Below are positions 54,803-63,251 of a stretch of 64,000 nucleotides of DNA, piece by piece (position 1 is the stretch's first letter; every line of letters begins with the position of its first letter). The notes under the pieces are model-generated. The model was not told where the DNA came from. It was given only the letters and a program-made list of their open reading frames with translations, and searched no databases. The DNA comes from an uncultured archaeon. Its GTDB lineage: Archaea; Aenigmatarchaeota; Aenigmatarchaeia; Aenigmatarchaeales; Aenigmatarchaeaceae. The DNA lies in the NCBI GenBank assembly GCA_964608725.1, contig CAZSPB010000001.1, positions 171,696 to 235,695 on the forward strand, given 5' to 3'. A program made the position numbers and the translations under genes.

Positions 54803-55489
54803 TCATTTAATTTTGTTTGCTACTTTAACGACAATTTTCTCTATTCCTTTACTTTTCGGTATTCTTGGGAAAATAAGTTCTATTGAAGTAACTAAACCTT
54901 TCGTTAAAAGAAGATTTGGTGTAATTTCCATTTTAGCATTTTCTTTTTCTAAGAATTTTTTCAAACTTTTATCTTCATTTAAAGATTTACATAAAGCTTC
55001 TTGATTTTTTATTGAAAAAAGTCTTGATAAAGAAATTACGAAAGCATAAAAGCCTACTATACCTAAAATGAAAGCTATAATCAATCTGAAAGTAGTTAAA
55101 ATAAGTTGTCCTATTGTTAAGATTATTAAAAAAGAAATATACATTGAAATTAAACTAAATAAAAGAGTTAGAATAACTTTTATTACTACATCTTTCCTAT
55201 TAGCTCCTCTAAATTTTTTACTTTTCTTATCAAAGATAATCCAAACTTTCTTTAAAGGAAGATAAGTCCTTACAACATAATTTCTTGTGAAGTAGACAAA
55301 TTCTATGCTGATATTTTTTATTCTTTTTATTTTTAAACTCGAAAGAAACTGGAAAAGGCCCACTATTATTAAGGCCATACAAAAGAACAAAAAATATGAA
55401 GAAAGCAATTTGTTATATTTGTAAACAATAAGAGAAGTTAAGAAAAATATGAAAAATAAAATACTTAAAATTTTCAATTTTAAACCCAT
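54803..55489 (-). CDS. Polytopic membrane protein
   Basis: 228 aa, 5-6 TM helices. No family recognised. Confidence 0.35.
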   Translation of the reverse strand: MGLKLKILSILFFIFFLTSLIVYKYNKLLSSYFLFFCMALIIVGLFQFLSSLKIKRIKNISIEFVYFTRNYVVRTYLPLKKVWIIFDKKSKKFRGANRKDVVIKVILTLLFSLISMYISFLIILTIGQLILTTFRLIIAFILGIVGFYAFVISLSRLFSIKNQEALCKSLNEDKSLKKFLEKENAKMEITPNLLLTKGLVTSIELIFPRIPKSKGIEKIVVKVANKIK

Positions 55490-55535
55490 ATTTTAAAGAT
55501 AAGTTTTTTATTTATAAAAAGGAAAGGTATTTTTT

Positions 55536-55865
55536 ATGGCAAGTATTGTTGATTTTCAAAAACTTGATATAAGAGTTGGTAAAGTGATTGAAGTTGAAGA
55601 TTTAGAAGGAGCTAAAAAACCAATATACAAGATGAGGATAGATTTTGGAGAGCTTGGTGTGAAAAATTCTGCAGCAGGAATAAAAAATGAATACAAGAAA
55701 GAAGAACTTTTGAATAAAAAAGTTGTTGCTATTGTGAATCTTGAACCAAAAAACATAGCAGGGTTTTTATCAGAATGTCTAATTCTTGCAGCTGTGACAA
55801 GAGATGGAAAAGCTGTTTTGTTACAACCTGAAAAAGATGTTGAAGTAGGGTCAAAAATTTACTAG
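55536..55865 (+). CDS. tRNA-binding domain protein (Trbp111/CsaA/MetRS-C-like)
   Basis: FQKLDIRVGKVIEVE...IDFGELG...KKVVAIVNLEPKNIAGFLSECLILAA is a Myf/EMAP-II-like OB fold. Confidence 0.7.
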   Translation: MASIVDFQKLDIRVGKVIEVEDLEGAKKPIYKMRIDFGELGVKNSAAGIKNEYKKEELLNKKVVAIVNLEPKNIAGFLSECLILAAVTRDGKAVLLQPEKDVEVGSKIY

Positions 55866-55872
55866 TGATTTT

Positions 55873-56415
55873 ATGATAGATTTATGGGTGGAATTTGTTA
55901 AATCGTTATGGTTATTGTTTCCCATGTATGCTGCTAATGGTTTTCCTCCTCTAGCTAAAGGAAAAATACCAATAGATTTGAATAAAAAATTTTATGATGG
56001 GAATAGAATTCTTGGTGATGGAAAAACGTTTGAAGGATTTTCTTTGGGGTTAATTGCAGGATTTCTTGTAGGTGCTTTAGAAACTTATCTCTACCCAAGT
56101 TTAAATGCTTATGCAATGGAATATAATGCAGAGCTACCATATATGGATCTTAAAGTAGCATTTTTACTCTCTTTTGGAGCTTTGTTTGGTGATATTGTTA
56201 GCAGTTTTTTAAAAAGAAGATTTGGCCTCCCTAGAGGTGCTGATGTTCCATTACTTGATCAATGGAACTTTGTTATTGGGGCGCTATTCTTCTCATTTTT
56301 GTTTACTAATGTAACTGTATGGATGGTTTTAATAATGCTTTTAATAACTCCTCTCATACATAGAATTGCGAACATAATTGCTCATAAAATAAAAGTAAAG
56401 AAAGAGCCATGGTAA
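55873..56415 (+). CDS. carS: CDP-archaeol synthase (CarS, DUF46)
   Basis: 180 aa. LLFPMYAANGFPPLA...ILGDGKTFEG...SFLKRR match the CarS family. Confidence 0.7.
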   Translation: MIDLWVEFVKSLWLLFPMYAANGFPPLAKGKIPIDLNKKFYDGNRILGDGKTFEGFSLGLIAGFLVGALETYLYPSLNAYAMEYNAELPYMDLKVAFLLSFGALFGDIVSSFLKRRFGLPRGADVPLLDQWNFVIGALFFSFLFTNVTVWMVLIMLLITPLIHRIANIIAHKIKVKKEPW

Positions 56416-56416
56416 C

Positions 56417-57103
56417 ATGTTGATAGATTGTCATTGTCATAGCATTTATAGCAAACACTGGTTTTGGGGTTTTGATTCTTTGAACACCCCCCAAGAAATC
56501 GTAAAAGTAGCTGTGAAAAAGGGCTTGGGTGGGATAGCAATAACAGACCACAACACAATAAAAGGCAGCTTAGTTGCAAGAAAATTTGCAAAAAAATATA
56601 AAGGTTTCATAGTTATAACTGGTTCGGAAATTAGAACAAAAACTGGAAAAGAAGTTATTGGTCTAGGTATAAAAGAAGAAATAAAACCGAACTTAGAATT
56701 TGAAGAAACTGTGGAAAAAATACATGAAGCAGGTGGGATAGCAGTTTTACCTCATCCATTTGGAAAATATATCTTCAAGAGATGTACAGAAAAAGATGCT
56801 AAATTAGTTGATGCTATAGAAGTCTTCAATTCAACTTTATTAAAGATTTTTAATGAAAAAGCTTCATCTTTTGCTAAAAAATTTAAAAAAGCAAGAACTG
56901 CTGGAAGTGATGCTCACTCAATCAAAGAAGTAGGGAATGCTTGTATAATTTGTAATGGCGATCCTATAGAAGAAATAATGAAAGGAAGAGTTAAAATAAT
57001 AGGAAGAGTAACACCTTTTAAAGATATAGTTTCTCTCATTTCAAAAAAATTTTTAAGATCTATTGAATGGAGAATTTCAAGAACCAGAGGAAAATATATC
57101 TAA
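56417..57103 (+). CDS. PHP-domain metal-dependent phosphoesterase
   Basis: MLIDCHCHSIYS...ITDHNTIKG...GSDAHS. Confidence 0.7.
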   Translation: MLIDCHCHSIYSKHWFWGFDSLNTPQEIVKVAVKKGLGGIAITDHNTIKGSLVARKFAKKYKGFIVITGSEIRTKTGKEVIGLGIKEEIKPNLEFEETVEKIHEAGGIAVLPHPFGKYIFKRCTEKDAKLVDAIEVFNSTLLKIFNEKASSFAKKFKKARTAGSDAHSIKEVGNACIICNGDPIEEIMKGRVKIIGRVTPFKDIVSLISKKFLRSIEWRISRTRGKYI

Positions 57104-57565
57104 AATCCATTTTATACTATAAAAACCTCCATAAGCAAGTAAAAAGCTCATTATTAACTTACCTATAAGAACTGCAATAAAAAATTTTTTCAAATCGTAT
57201 TTTATCATACCACAAAATAATCCTACTATGTCATCTGGAAGCGGAGTGGCTGCAAATAAAATAGTTATAAAAAAACCTCCATACTTTTCAAAAAGTTTTT
57301 CTACTTTTTTTATCTCTTTTTTCCATTTTTTCTCAATAGCCTTTCTCCCACCAAATCCTAAAAAGTAGCCTACAAATTCTCCTAAAGTAGCTCCTAAGCC
57401 TCCTAGAATACCAACTAAGAAAGGGTTCATAAAAGAGCCTGCAATGAATATTATGGCAGCAGAAGGTAAAGGAAAAATTATAGTTGAAGAGCCTATTAAA
57501 CTTATTAGGAATATTCCAAACAATCCATAAGAATTCATTAGAGACTCAAAAAAACTCCAAATCAT
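57077..57565 (-). CDS. DedA/VTT-family membrane protein
   Basis: 162 aa. ...GLFGIFLISLIGSSTIIFPLPSAAIIF... resembles the SNARE-associated/DedA domain. Confidence 0.45.
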   Translation of the reverse strand: MIWSFFESLMNSYGLFGIFLISLIGSSTIIFPLPSAAIIFIAGSFMNPFLVGILGGLGATLGEFVGYFLGFGGRKAIEKKWKKEIKKVEKLFEKYGGFFITILFAATPLPDDIVGLFCGMIKYDLKKFFIAVLIGKLIMSFLLAYGGFYSIKWILDIFSSGS

Positions 57566-57573
57566 ATATATAA

Positions 57574-57876
57574 TTAGATTTTCTTTAAATAACCTTTCAA
57601 AGTTTCTTTAGCAGCTTTTAACTCTTCTTTTCCTTTAAGAGTTATTTCATAGTAAATGTGCCTTCCAGACTTTTTTGATTTTATGTAACCACCTATTTTT
57701 AGCAAATACAAAACTTTGTAAGCTGTAACATTTCCTGTTAAAAATCCAAATCTTTTTCTTATGAGTTTTCTTAACTCATAACCATATTTTCTGCTTTCTT
57801 CTAAAGAGCTAAGAACAAAAATCCATAAATTCTCTTTTTCAATTTTTCTTTTTAATCTTTCGAGAGGCCTTTCCAC
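57574..57876 (-). CDS. PadR-family transcriptional regulator
   Basis: 100 aa. ...LSSLEESRKYGYELRKLI...GNVTAYKVLYLLKIGGYIKS resembles the PadR wHTH. Confidence 0.6.
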   Translation of the reverse strand: MERPLERLKRKIEKENLWIFVLSSLEESRKYGYELRKLIRKRFGFLTGNVTAYKVLYLLKIGGYIKSKKSGRHIYYEITLKGKEELKAAKETLKGYLKKI

Positions 57877-57929
57877 AATTTTATTTTACAACTGTAAAAT
57901 ATATAAATTTTATTTTACAACTATAAAAT

Positions 57930-58994
57930 ATGATAAGGATAGCTATAGCAGGCGTTGGAAATTGTTGTAGTAATTTAATCCAAGGTTTATACTATTATAG
58001 AAAAAACAAGAGTGACGGTCTTTCTTATCCTATCCTAGGCGGTTATAAAGTTTCTGATATAAAGGTATGTGCAGCTTTTGATGTTGCAAAAAATAAAGTT
58101 GGTAAAGATCTTTCAGAGGCAATCTTTGAATCTCCTAACAACACTGTAAAAATTGTTAAAGTACCAAAACTCAACGTTCCAGTTATGAAAGGGCCAGTTT
58201 TGGACGGAATAGGAAAGTATATGAAAAATGTGGTTGAGATAGATAAAAAGCAAAAGTCAGTGAAAGTCTCAAAAGTTTTGGAAGATTTGGGGATAGATGT
58301 TTTAATAAACTTTTTACCAGTTGGTTCAGAAAGAGCAACAAAATTTTATGCTTCGGAAGCACTAAAAGCAGGTTGTGGATTTCTAAACGCAATTCCAGCT
58401 TTCATAGCATCAGACAAAAAATGGGCCGAAAAATTTAGAAAAGCTGGAGTTCCTATAATAGGGGATGATACAAAAAGTCAAGTTGGTGCAACCATACTTC
58501 ATAGAACTTTAGTGAAACTTTGTAGAGATAGAGGTGCTATTATTGATAGAACATATCAGTTAAATTTTGGTGGTAACAGTGATTTTTACAACATGCTAGA
58601 AAGAGAAAGATTGAAAAGCAAAAAGATATCAAAAACAGAGGCAGTTCAGAGTCAAATGAAGAAAAGATTGCCAGATGAAAAAATACATATAGGGCCATCA
58701 GATTTTGTACCATGGCTTAAAAGTAGGAAAATAGCTTACATAAGGATAGAAGGAAGACTTTTCGCTGACATTCCATTCAGTATAGAAGCAAAGTTGGATG
58801 TTGAAGACAAAGCTAACAGTTCTGGAACAGTCATAGATGCTATAAGGTGTCTTAAAATAGCTCTAGATAGAGGGATTTCAGGGCCTTTGATATCTCCTTC
58901 AGCATACTTTTGCAAACACCCACCAATTCAATTAAGTGATGAAGAAGCTAAGAGAAGACTAGAGATGTTCATAGAAGGAAAAATAGAGAGGTAA
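57930..58994 (+). CDS. myo-Inositol-1-phosphate synthase
   Basis: IRIAIAGVGNCCSNLIQGLYYY parallels the MIPS/Ino1 N-terminus ([22 protein letters not shown]). 354 aa. Confidence 0.6.
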   Translation: MIRIAIAGVGNCCSNLIQGLYYYRKNKSDGLSYPILGGYKVSDIKVCAAFDVAKNKVGKDLSEAIFESPNNTVKIVKVPKLNVPVMKGPVLDGIGKYMKNVVEIDKKQKSVKVSKVLEDLGIDVLINFLPVGSERATKFYASEALKAGCGFLNAIPAFIASDKKWAEKFRKAGVPIIGDDTKSQVGATILHRTLVKLCRDRGAIIDRTYQLNFGGNSDFYNMLERERLKSKKISKTEAVQSQMKKRLPDEKIHIGPSDFVPWLKSRKIAYIRIEGRLFADIPFSIEAKLDVEDKANSSGTVIDAIRCLKIALDRGISGPLISPSAYFCKHPPIQLSDEEAKRRLEMFIEGKIER

Positions 58995-58996
58995 CT

Positions 58997-59587
58997 ATGC
59001 TTTACGAAAAAAGGGAGAAGTTTAAAAAACTAGAGATAAAAATAGGAAAGAGTTTCAGTAAATTAAATTTAACACCAAATCAGTGGACTCTTTCTAGTCT
59101 TCTTTTTGTTCTTCTCTCTTTTTACTTTATAATTACAAACAATTTCATTTTAGCTTTCCTAGCTTTTCTTTTTACATCTCTTATTGATTTTATAGATGGG
59201 GCAGTAGCCCGAGCAACTAACACAGTTAGCGTATTAGGAGGTTATTTAGATACTATTGTAGATAGGATAGTAGAGTTTTTGATCATTTTAGCTTTATTTT
59301 TTTCCGAATATCCTCCCTTTTTTCTTAGCTCAAAAACATGGCTTTTACTTTTACTTTTTGGGTCTTTTATGACAACTTATACGAAAGCAGCTGCTGTTGA
59401 AAAGGGTTTAAGAAAAGATGGAATTAAAGGTGGTCTTGTTGAAAGAGGGGAAAGAATGATATTACTACTATTAATTATTTTTCTTTCTACTTTTTCAAAA
59501 AAGTATGCAAGCTTTTTAATTGCAGTTTCAGCAGTACTAACAAATTTATCAGCTCTTCAAAGGTTCTTAATAGTTATAAAAAGATAA
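58997..59587 (+). CDS. CDP-alcohol phosphatidyltransferase (archaetidylinositol-phosphate synthase-like)
   Basis: DFIDGAVARATNTVSVLGGYLDTIVDRI is the D-G-x2-A-R...G...D-x3-D motif. 6 TM. Immediately downstream of MIPS. Confidence 0.65.
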   Translation: MLYEKREKFKKLEIKIGKSFSKLNLTPNQWTLSSLLFVLLSFYFIITNNFILAFLAFLFTSLIDFIDGAVARATNTVSVLGGYLDTIVDRIVEFLIILALFFSEYPPFFLSSKTWLLLLLFGSFMTTYTKAAAVEKGLRKDGIKGGLVERGERMILLLLIIFLSTFSKKYASFLIAVSAVLTNLSALQRFLIVIKR

Positions 59588-59612
59588 ATATAAAAAATAC
59601 TGATTTGGTTTT

Positions 59613-59951
59613 ATGAAACAAGCCATAATAATTAGAACAGATTTAAAAATGGGAAAAGGAAAGATAGCTAGTCAATGTGCTCATGCAAGTGTTGCAGCTT
59701 TTTTAAAAGCTAAACCTCTTGATAAAAAGAAATGGATAAATAGTGGAATGAAAAAAGTTGTTTTAAAAGTTAAAAACGGTAAAGAAATTGTTAAATTGTA
59801 TAAAAAAGCTAAAAGGAGAAAAATTCCATGTGAGCTAATAATAGATAAAGGCTTAACCCAAATAGAGCCAGGAACGATAACAGCATTAGGAATAGGACCT
59901 GCAGATGATAAAAAGATAGATGAGATAACTGGAAGGTTAAAGTTATTGTGA
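59613..59951 (+). CDS. pth2: Peptidyl-tRNA hydrolase (Pth2, archaeal type)
   Basis: 112 aa. IIIRTDLKMGKGKIASQCAHASV...KVVLKV. Confidence 0.85.
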   Translation: MKQAIIIRTDLKMGKGKIASQCAHASVAAFLKAKPLDKKKWINSGMKKVVLKVKNGKEIVKLYKKAKRRKIPCELIIDKGLTQIEPGTITALGIGPADDKKIDEITGRLKLL

Positions 59952-59955
59952 TTTT

Positions 59956-60771
59956 ATGAATATCGAAGCTTTTTTGAATGAAAATTTTTTAAAACCATTA
60001 TGCCATTATTATACTCCCATAGGAACTATAACTTACGGTTTAATTCTCATCTTAGCAGTCTTTGGAACTTACAAACTTTTAAAATTCTTAAGAATCAAAA
60101 TTGATAAAAAATTCTTTTTTGGAGTACTCCCTTTCATAATTTATGGAGGTTGGACAAGAGCTTTGAGGGATCATAAGCTAGGAGTATATCAAAGTAATTT
60201 ATTTTGCTCTCCTCCAATTTACTTTTTTGTATTTTTTATTGCTTTATTTTCTCTTTTAATTGGATTATCTTTAGAAAAAATTACGAAAAAATCTAAATAT
60301 AAAAAATATTTCACTTACGAGAAAACTATGATTGGAATAGGTTTTTCTTTCTTATTGTACAATTTAACTCTCACAAAAATTGAAAATCCCTTTGCTTTCA
60401 TTTTTATTTTGTGTCTAACATTTTTCTGGTTTCTTATTTTATTGGGAGTAAGATATTTAAAACCAAAAGTTCTTTCACTTGAAAATTTAGGAATAATAAC
60501 TTCTCACTTATTTGATGCATCATCAACTTTTACAGCTATAACTTTCTTTGGTTTTTATGAACAGCATGTACTCCCAACATTTTTAATAAGCATTTTTGGA
60601 CCTTGGATTATGTTTCCTTTAAAAATATTTGTAGTATGGCCTATATTATTACTAATAGACAAATCTAAAGAAGATATATTCTTTAAAAATTTTTTGAAAA
60701 TAGTAATACTTATCCTTGGCTTAGCTTTAGGCACAAGAGATTTTTTAACTATAAGTATGTTAACGTATTAA
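59956..60771 (+). CDS. Polytopic membrane protein
   Basis: 271 aa, 7-8 TM helices. Confidence 0.35.
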   Translation: MNIEAFLNENFLKPLCHYYTPIGTITYGLILILAVFGTYKLLKFLRIKIDKKFFFGVLPFIIYGGWTRALRDHKLGVYQSNLFCSPPIYFFVFFIALFSLLIGLSLEKITKKSKYKKYFTYEKTMIGIGFSFLLYNLTLTKIENPFAFIFILCLTFFWFLILLGVRYLKPKVLSLENLGIITSHLFDASSTFTAITFFGFYEQHVLPTFLISIFGPWIMFPLKIFVVWPILLLIDKSKEDIFFKNFLKIVILILGLALGTRDFLTISMLTY

Positions 60772-60803
60772 ATTTTCTTAACAAATAATATAACAGGATT
60801 TTT

Positions 60804-62006
60804 ATGGACATTTTAATAGATGTTGTCAATTTAACTTTCGCATTTATAGGAATCTATTTCATGATACTCTATTTACTTCTTTTTTCAACTCATAAAAAGA
60901 AATTGCTGAAAAGGCCAAGAATAAAGAAGTTCCCTTCAGTAAGCATAATTATTCCAGCTTACAATGAGGAGAAGAATATAAAAGAAACAGTTGAGAATGC
61001 AAAAAGATTAAGGTATCCTGGGAAAAAAGAAGTAATAGTTGTGGATGATGGTTCTACAGATAACACTTATAATATAGCGAAAAAAATCAAGGGGGTAAAA
61101 GTTTTAAAAAAGAAAAATGGTGGAAAAGCTAGTGCGTTAAATTATGGATTAAGATATTGTAAAGGAAAAATAGTAGTTTGTATAGATTCTGATTCTTATC
61201 CAGAAAAAAATGCTCTAATGAAAACTATACCATTTTTTTCTGATAAGAAAGTTGCTGCTGTTACAACATCTATAGTAGTGAAAAGTGCAAAAAATATCAT
61301 TCAAAAGTTGCAACAAATAGAATACATTATGATAGCATGGTCAAGGAAGCTTTTAGAATTTCTAGATGCTATTTATGTTACTCCAGGCCCTATGAGTTTA
61401 TACAGGAAAGATGTACTTGTAAAACTAGGAGGTTTTGATGAAAAAAATTTAACTGAAGATATTGAAATAGCATGGAGGCTTATGAAACACAAGTATAAAA
61501 TAAAAATGGCTCTAGATACTATAGTTTACACTAATGTTCCTTCAACTGTTAAGAGATGGTGGAAGCAAAGGTTGAGATGGAATATAGGAGGCCTTCAAAC
61601 AACATCAAAGTATTTTCATTTATTTTTGAATAAGGAATTCAGCAATATTGGAATGTTCGTTTTGCCTGTTTTTTCTATTTCATATTTACTTTCTGCTCTA
61701 GGCCTTTTTTTCATATTTTACATAATATTAAACTGGATTCGTTTCATCACAGCTTCCCTATCTTTTGGTTTTAGTATAATTGGCCCAATAACACTACTTC
61801 CTGACTTATTCTGGGTTTTATCCTTTTTCTCTTTTATAATTTTGTTTCTATATTTGCACACAAGTTTAAAAACTATGAAAAAAGTTATAAAAATGCCAAA
61901 AGGAATTCTTGATTTTTTAGTTTATTTAAGTGTTTATATTACAATATTCCCTTTTAACCTTTTACATAGTTTTATAAAGTTTGTGACTAAAAAGTATGAA
62001 TGGTAA
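60804..62006 (+). CDS. Processive family-2 glycosyltransferase (cellulose/chitin/PNAG synthase-like)
   Basis: N-terminal TM, IIPAYNEEKNI, VVDDGSTDNT, DSDS, TED, and QRLRWNIGG (QxxRW), followed by C-terminal TM helices. Confidence 0.7.
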   Translation: MDILIDVVNLTFAFIGIYFMILYLLLFSTHKKKLLKRPRIKKFPSVSIIIPAYNEEKNIKETVENAKRLRYPGKKEVIVVDDGSTDNTYNIAKKIKGVKVLKKKNGGKASALNYGLRYCKGKIVVCIDSDSYPEKNALMKTIPFFSDKKVAAVTTSIVVKSAKNIIQKLQQIEYIMIAWSRKLLEFLDAIYVTPGPMSLYRKDVLVKLGGFDEKNLTEDIEIAWRLMKHKYKIKMALDTIVYTNVPSTVKRWWKQRLRWNIGGLQTTSKYFHLFLNKEFSNIGMFVLPVFSISYLLSALGLFFIFYIILNWIRFITASLSFGFSIIGPITLLPDLFWVLSFFSFIILFLYLHTSLKTMKKVIKMPKGILDFLVYLSVYITIFPFNLLHSFIKFVTKKYEW

Positions 62007-62656
62007 GCATGAGAAAAGTGTTTCTAAAAACTGCATTAATTACAGTAACTATTTTCATCATAGGTTTTTATGGCGGTATATTTTTTGATAATTTAAGAAT
62101 AGAAGAAGTTAGGGCAAGGCTAACTGAAATAGATAACTTATGGAATGATGCAAGACTCATACAATCTTATATGCAGAGATTTTCTAATAACATAACTCCT
62201 TATTGTGAATTCCTTTTAGAAGAAAATTTAAAAATAGGAGATAGGATATATGCTGAAGGTTTGAAAGTTGAAGAATATGAGACTGCAAATCGTTTTGCAA
62301 CTTTCTTTTTAACAGAAAAAAAGAGGTATGCTCTTTTGGATTTGCAGTTTTGGGTTAATAGCATAGATCTAAAAAGATTATGCAATGCAAATTATTCAAC
62401 AGTAATCTACTTTTATTCTCAGTTCAACAAAACAGCTGAACAAAGGTTTCAAGACAGAGTTTTATGGGATTTGAAACAAAAATGTGGCCCAAAAATAATT
62501 TATATAACATTCCCTGTTGATCTTGATATTTCAACTATAGATATGATAAGAAAAATTTATAACATTAAGAAAATTCCGTCTATATTAATAAATGAAAGTC
62601 TTCTTTTAGAATGTCCTGTAAGTTTAAGAGAGTTAGAAGAATACGTGAAATGTTAG
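62000..62656 (+). CDS. Membrane-anchored hypothetical protein downstream of the GT2 synthase
   Basis: 218 aa, N-terminal TM. Overlaps the synthase gene by 7 nt. Confidence 0.3.
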   Translation: MVSMRKVFLKTALITVTIFIIGFYGGIFFDNLRIEEVRARLTEIDNLWNDARLIQSYMQRFSNNITPYCEFLLEENLKIGDRIYAEGLKVEEYETANRFATFFLTEKKRYALLDLQFWVNSIDLKRLCNANYSTVIYFYSQFNKTAEQRFQDRVLWDLKQKCGPKIIYITFPVDLDISTIDMIRKIYNIKKIPSILINESLLLECPVSLRELEEYVKC

Positions 62657-63183
62657 CTCATTAAAACTAAAAGAACTTTATCAACTGAAAGATCAAGGTC
62701 AGTATAAGTTCTATTAATTTCTAAAAAACTTTTTCCTTCTACAAATATAACATAACCTCTAACAGTAACAGCAGTAAGGTTAGTTTGTGATGGGCCTAGA
62801 AGTAAAATTACTGGTTCGTCATAACTTGCAAAATCAAAAGCTTGAGTTGTTTTGTTTAAAGGTAACGTTATAATAGGTTTGACTTTTTGAAAGTAATACT
62901 CATTAATTATAGTTAACTTGTAAGCTAACTCATAAGCATCAGCAAGATAATAAGGATTTTCTGTTTCATTGGGTATGTACGCTATTTTTATTCTAGACAC
63001 ATCAGGATTTAACAAAGTGTTTTTTAAACTTTCTTCATTTGGATAAACTGGAACATTTTTAGCTTCATTTAAATTTGCTCTAAAGTGTAATGTAACCCCC
63101 GCGAATTCTCTTTGAAAAGGGTTAGTAGAAATACAAAGAGATACCAAAATAATGAGAATTAAAGATGCAATCATTTTTTTCAT
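62653..63183 (-). CDS. Secreted protein with signal peptide and N-glycosylation sequons
   Basis: MKKMIASLILIILVSLCIST signal; NET, NKT, NLT, NRT sequons. Confidence 0.35.
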   Translation of the reverse strand: MKKMIASLILIILVSLCISTNPFQREFAGVTLHFRANLNEAKNVPVYPNEESLKNTLLNPDVSRIKIAYIPNETENPYYLADAYELAYKLTIINEYYFQKVKPIITLPLNKTTQAFDFASYDEPVILLLGPSQTNLTAVTVRGYVIFVEGKSFLEINRTYTDLDLSVDKVLLVLMS

Positions 63184-63251
63184 ATTCTTACCTCTAGTTT
63201 GTTAAAATAAAAGAAAAAGGAAAGGCCAGGCCGCTCCTTTCTCTAAAAATT

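Noticed and set aside
54684-54806. N-terminal 41 codons of track ORF 53652..54806
   Set aside because: Antisense translation of tRNA-Arg (GFEPRS motif). The real CDS starts at the Met at 54683.
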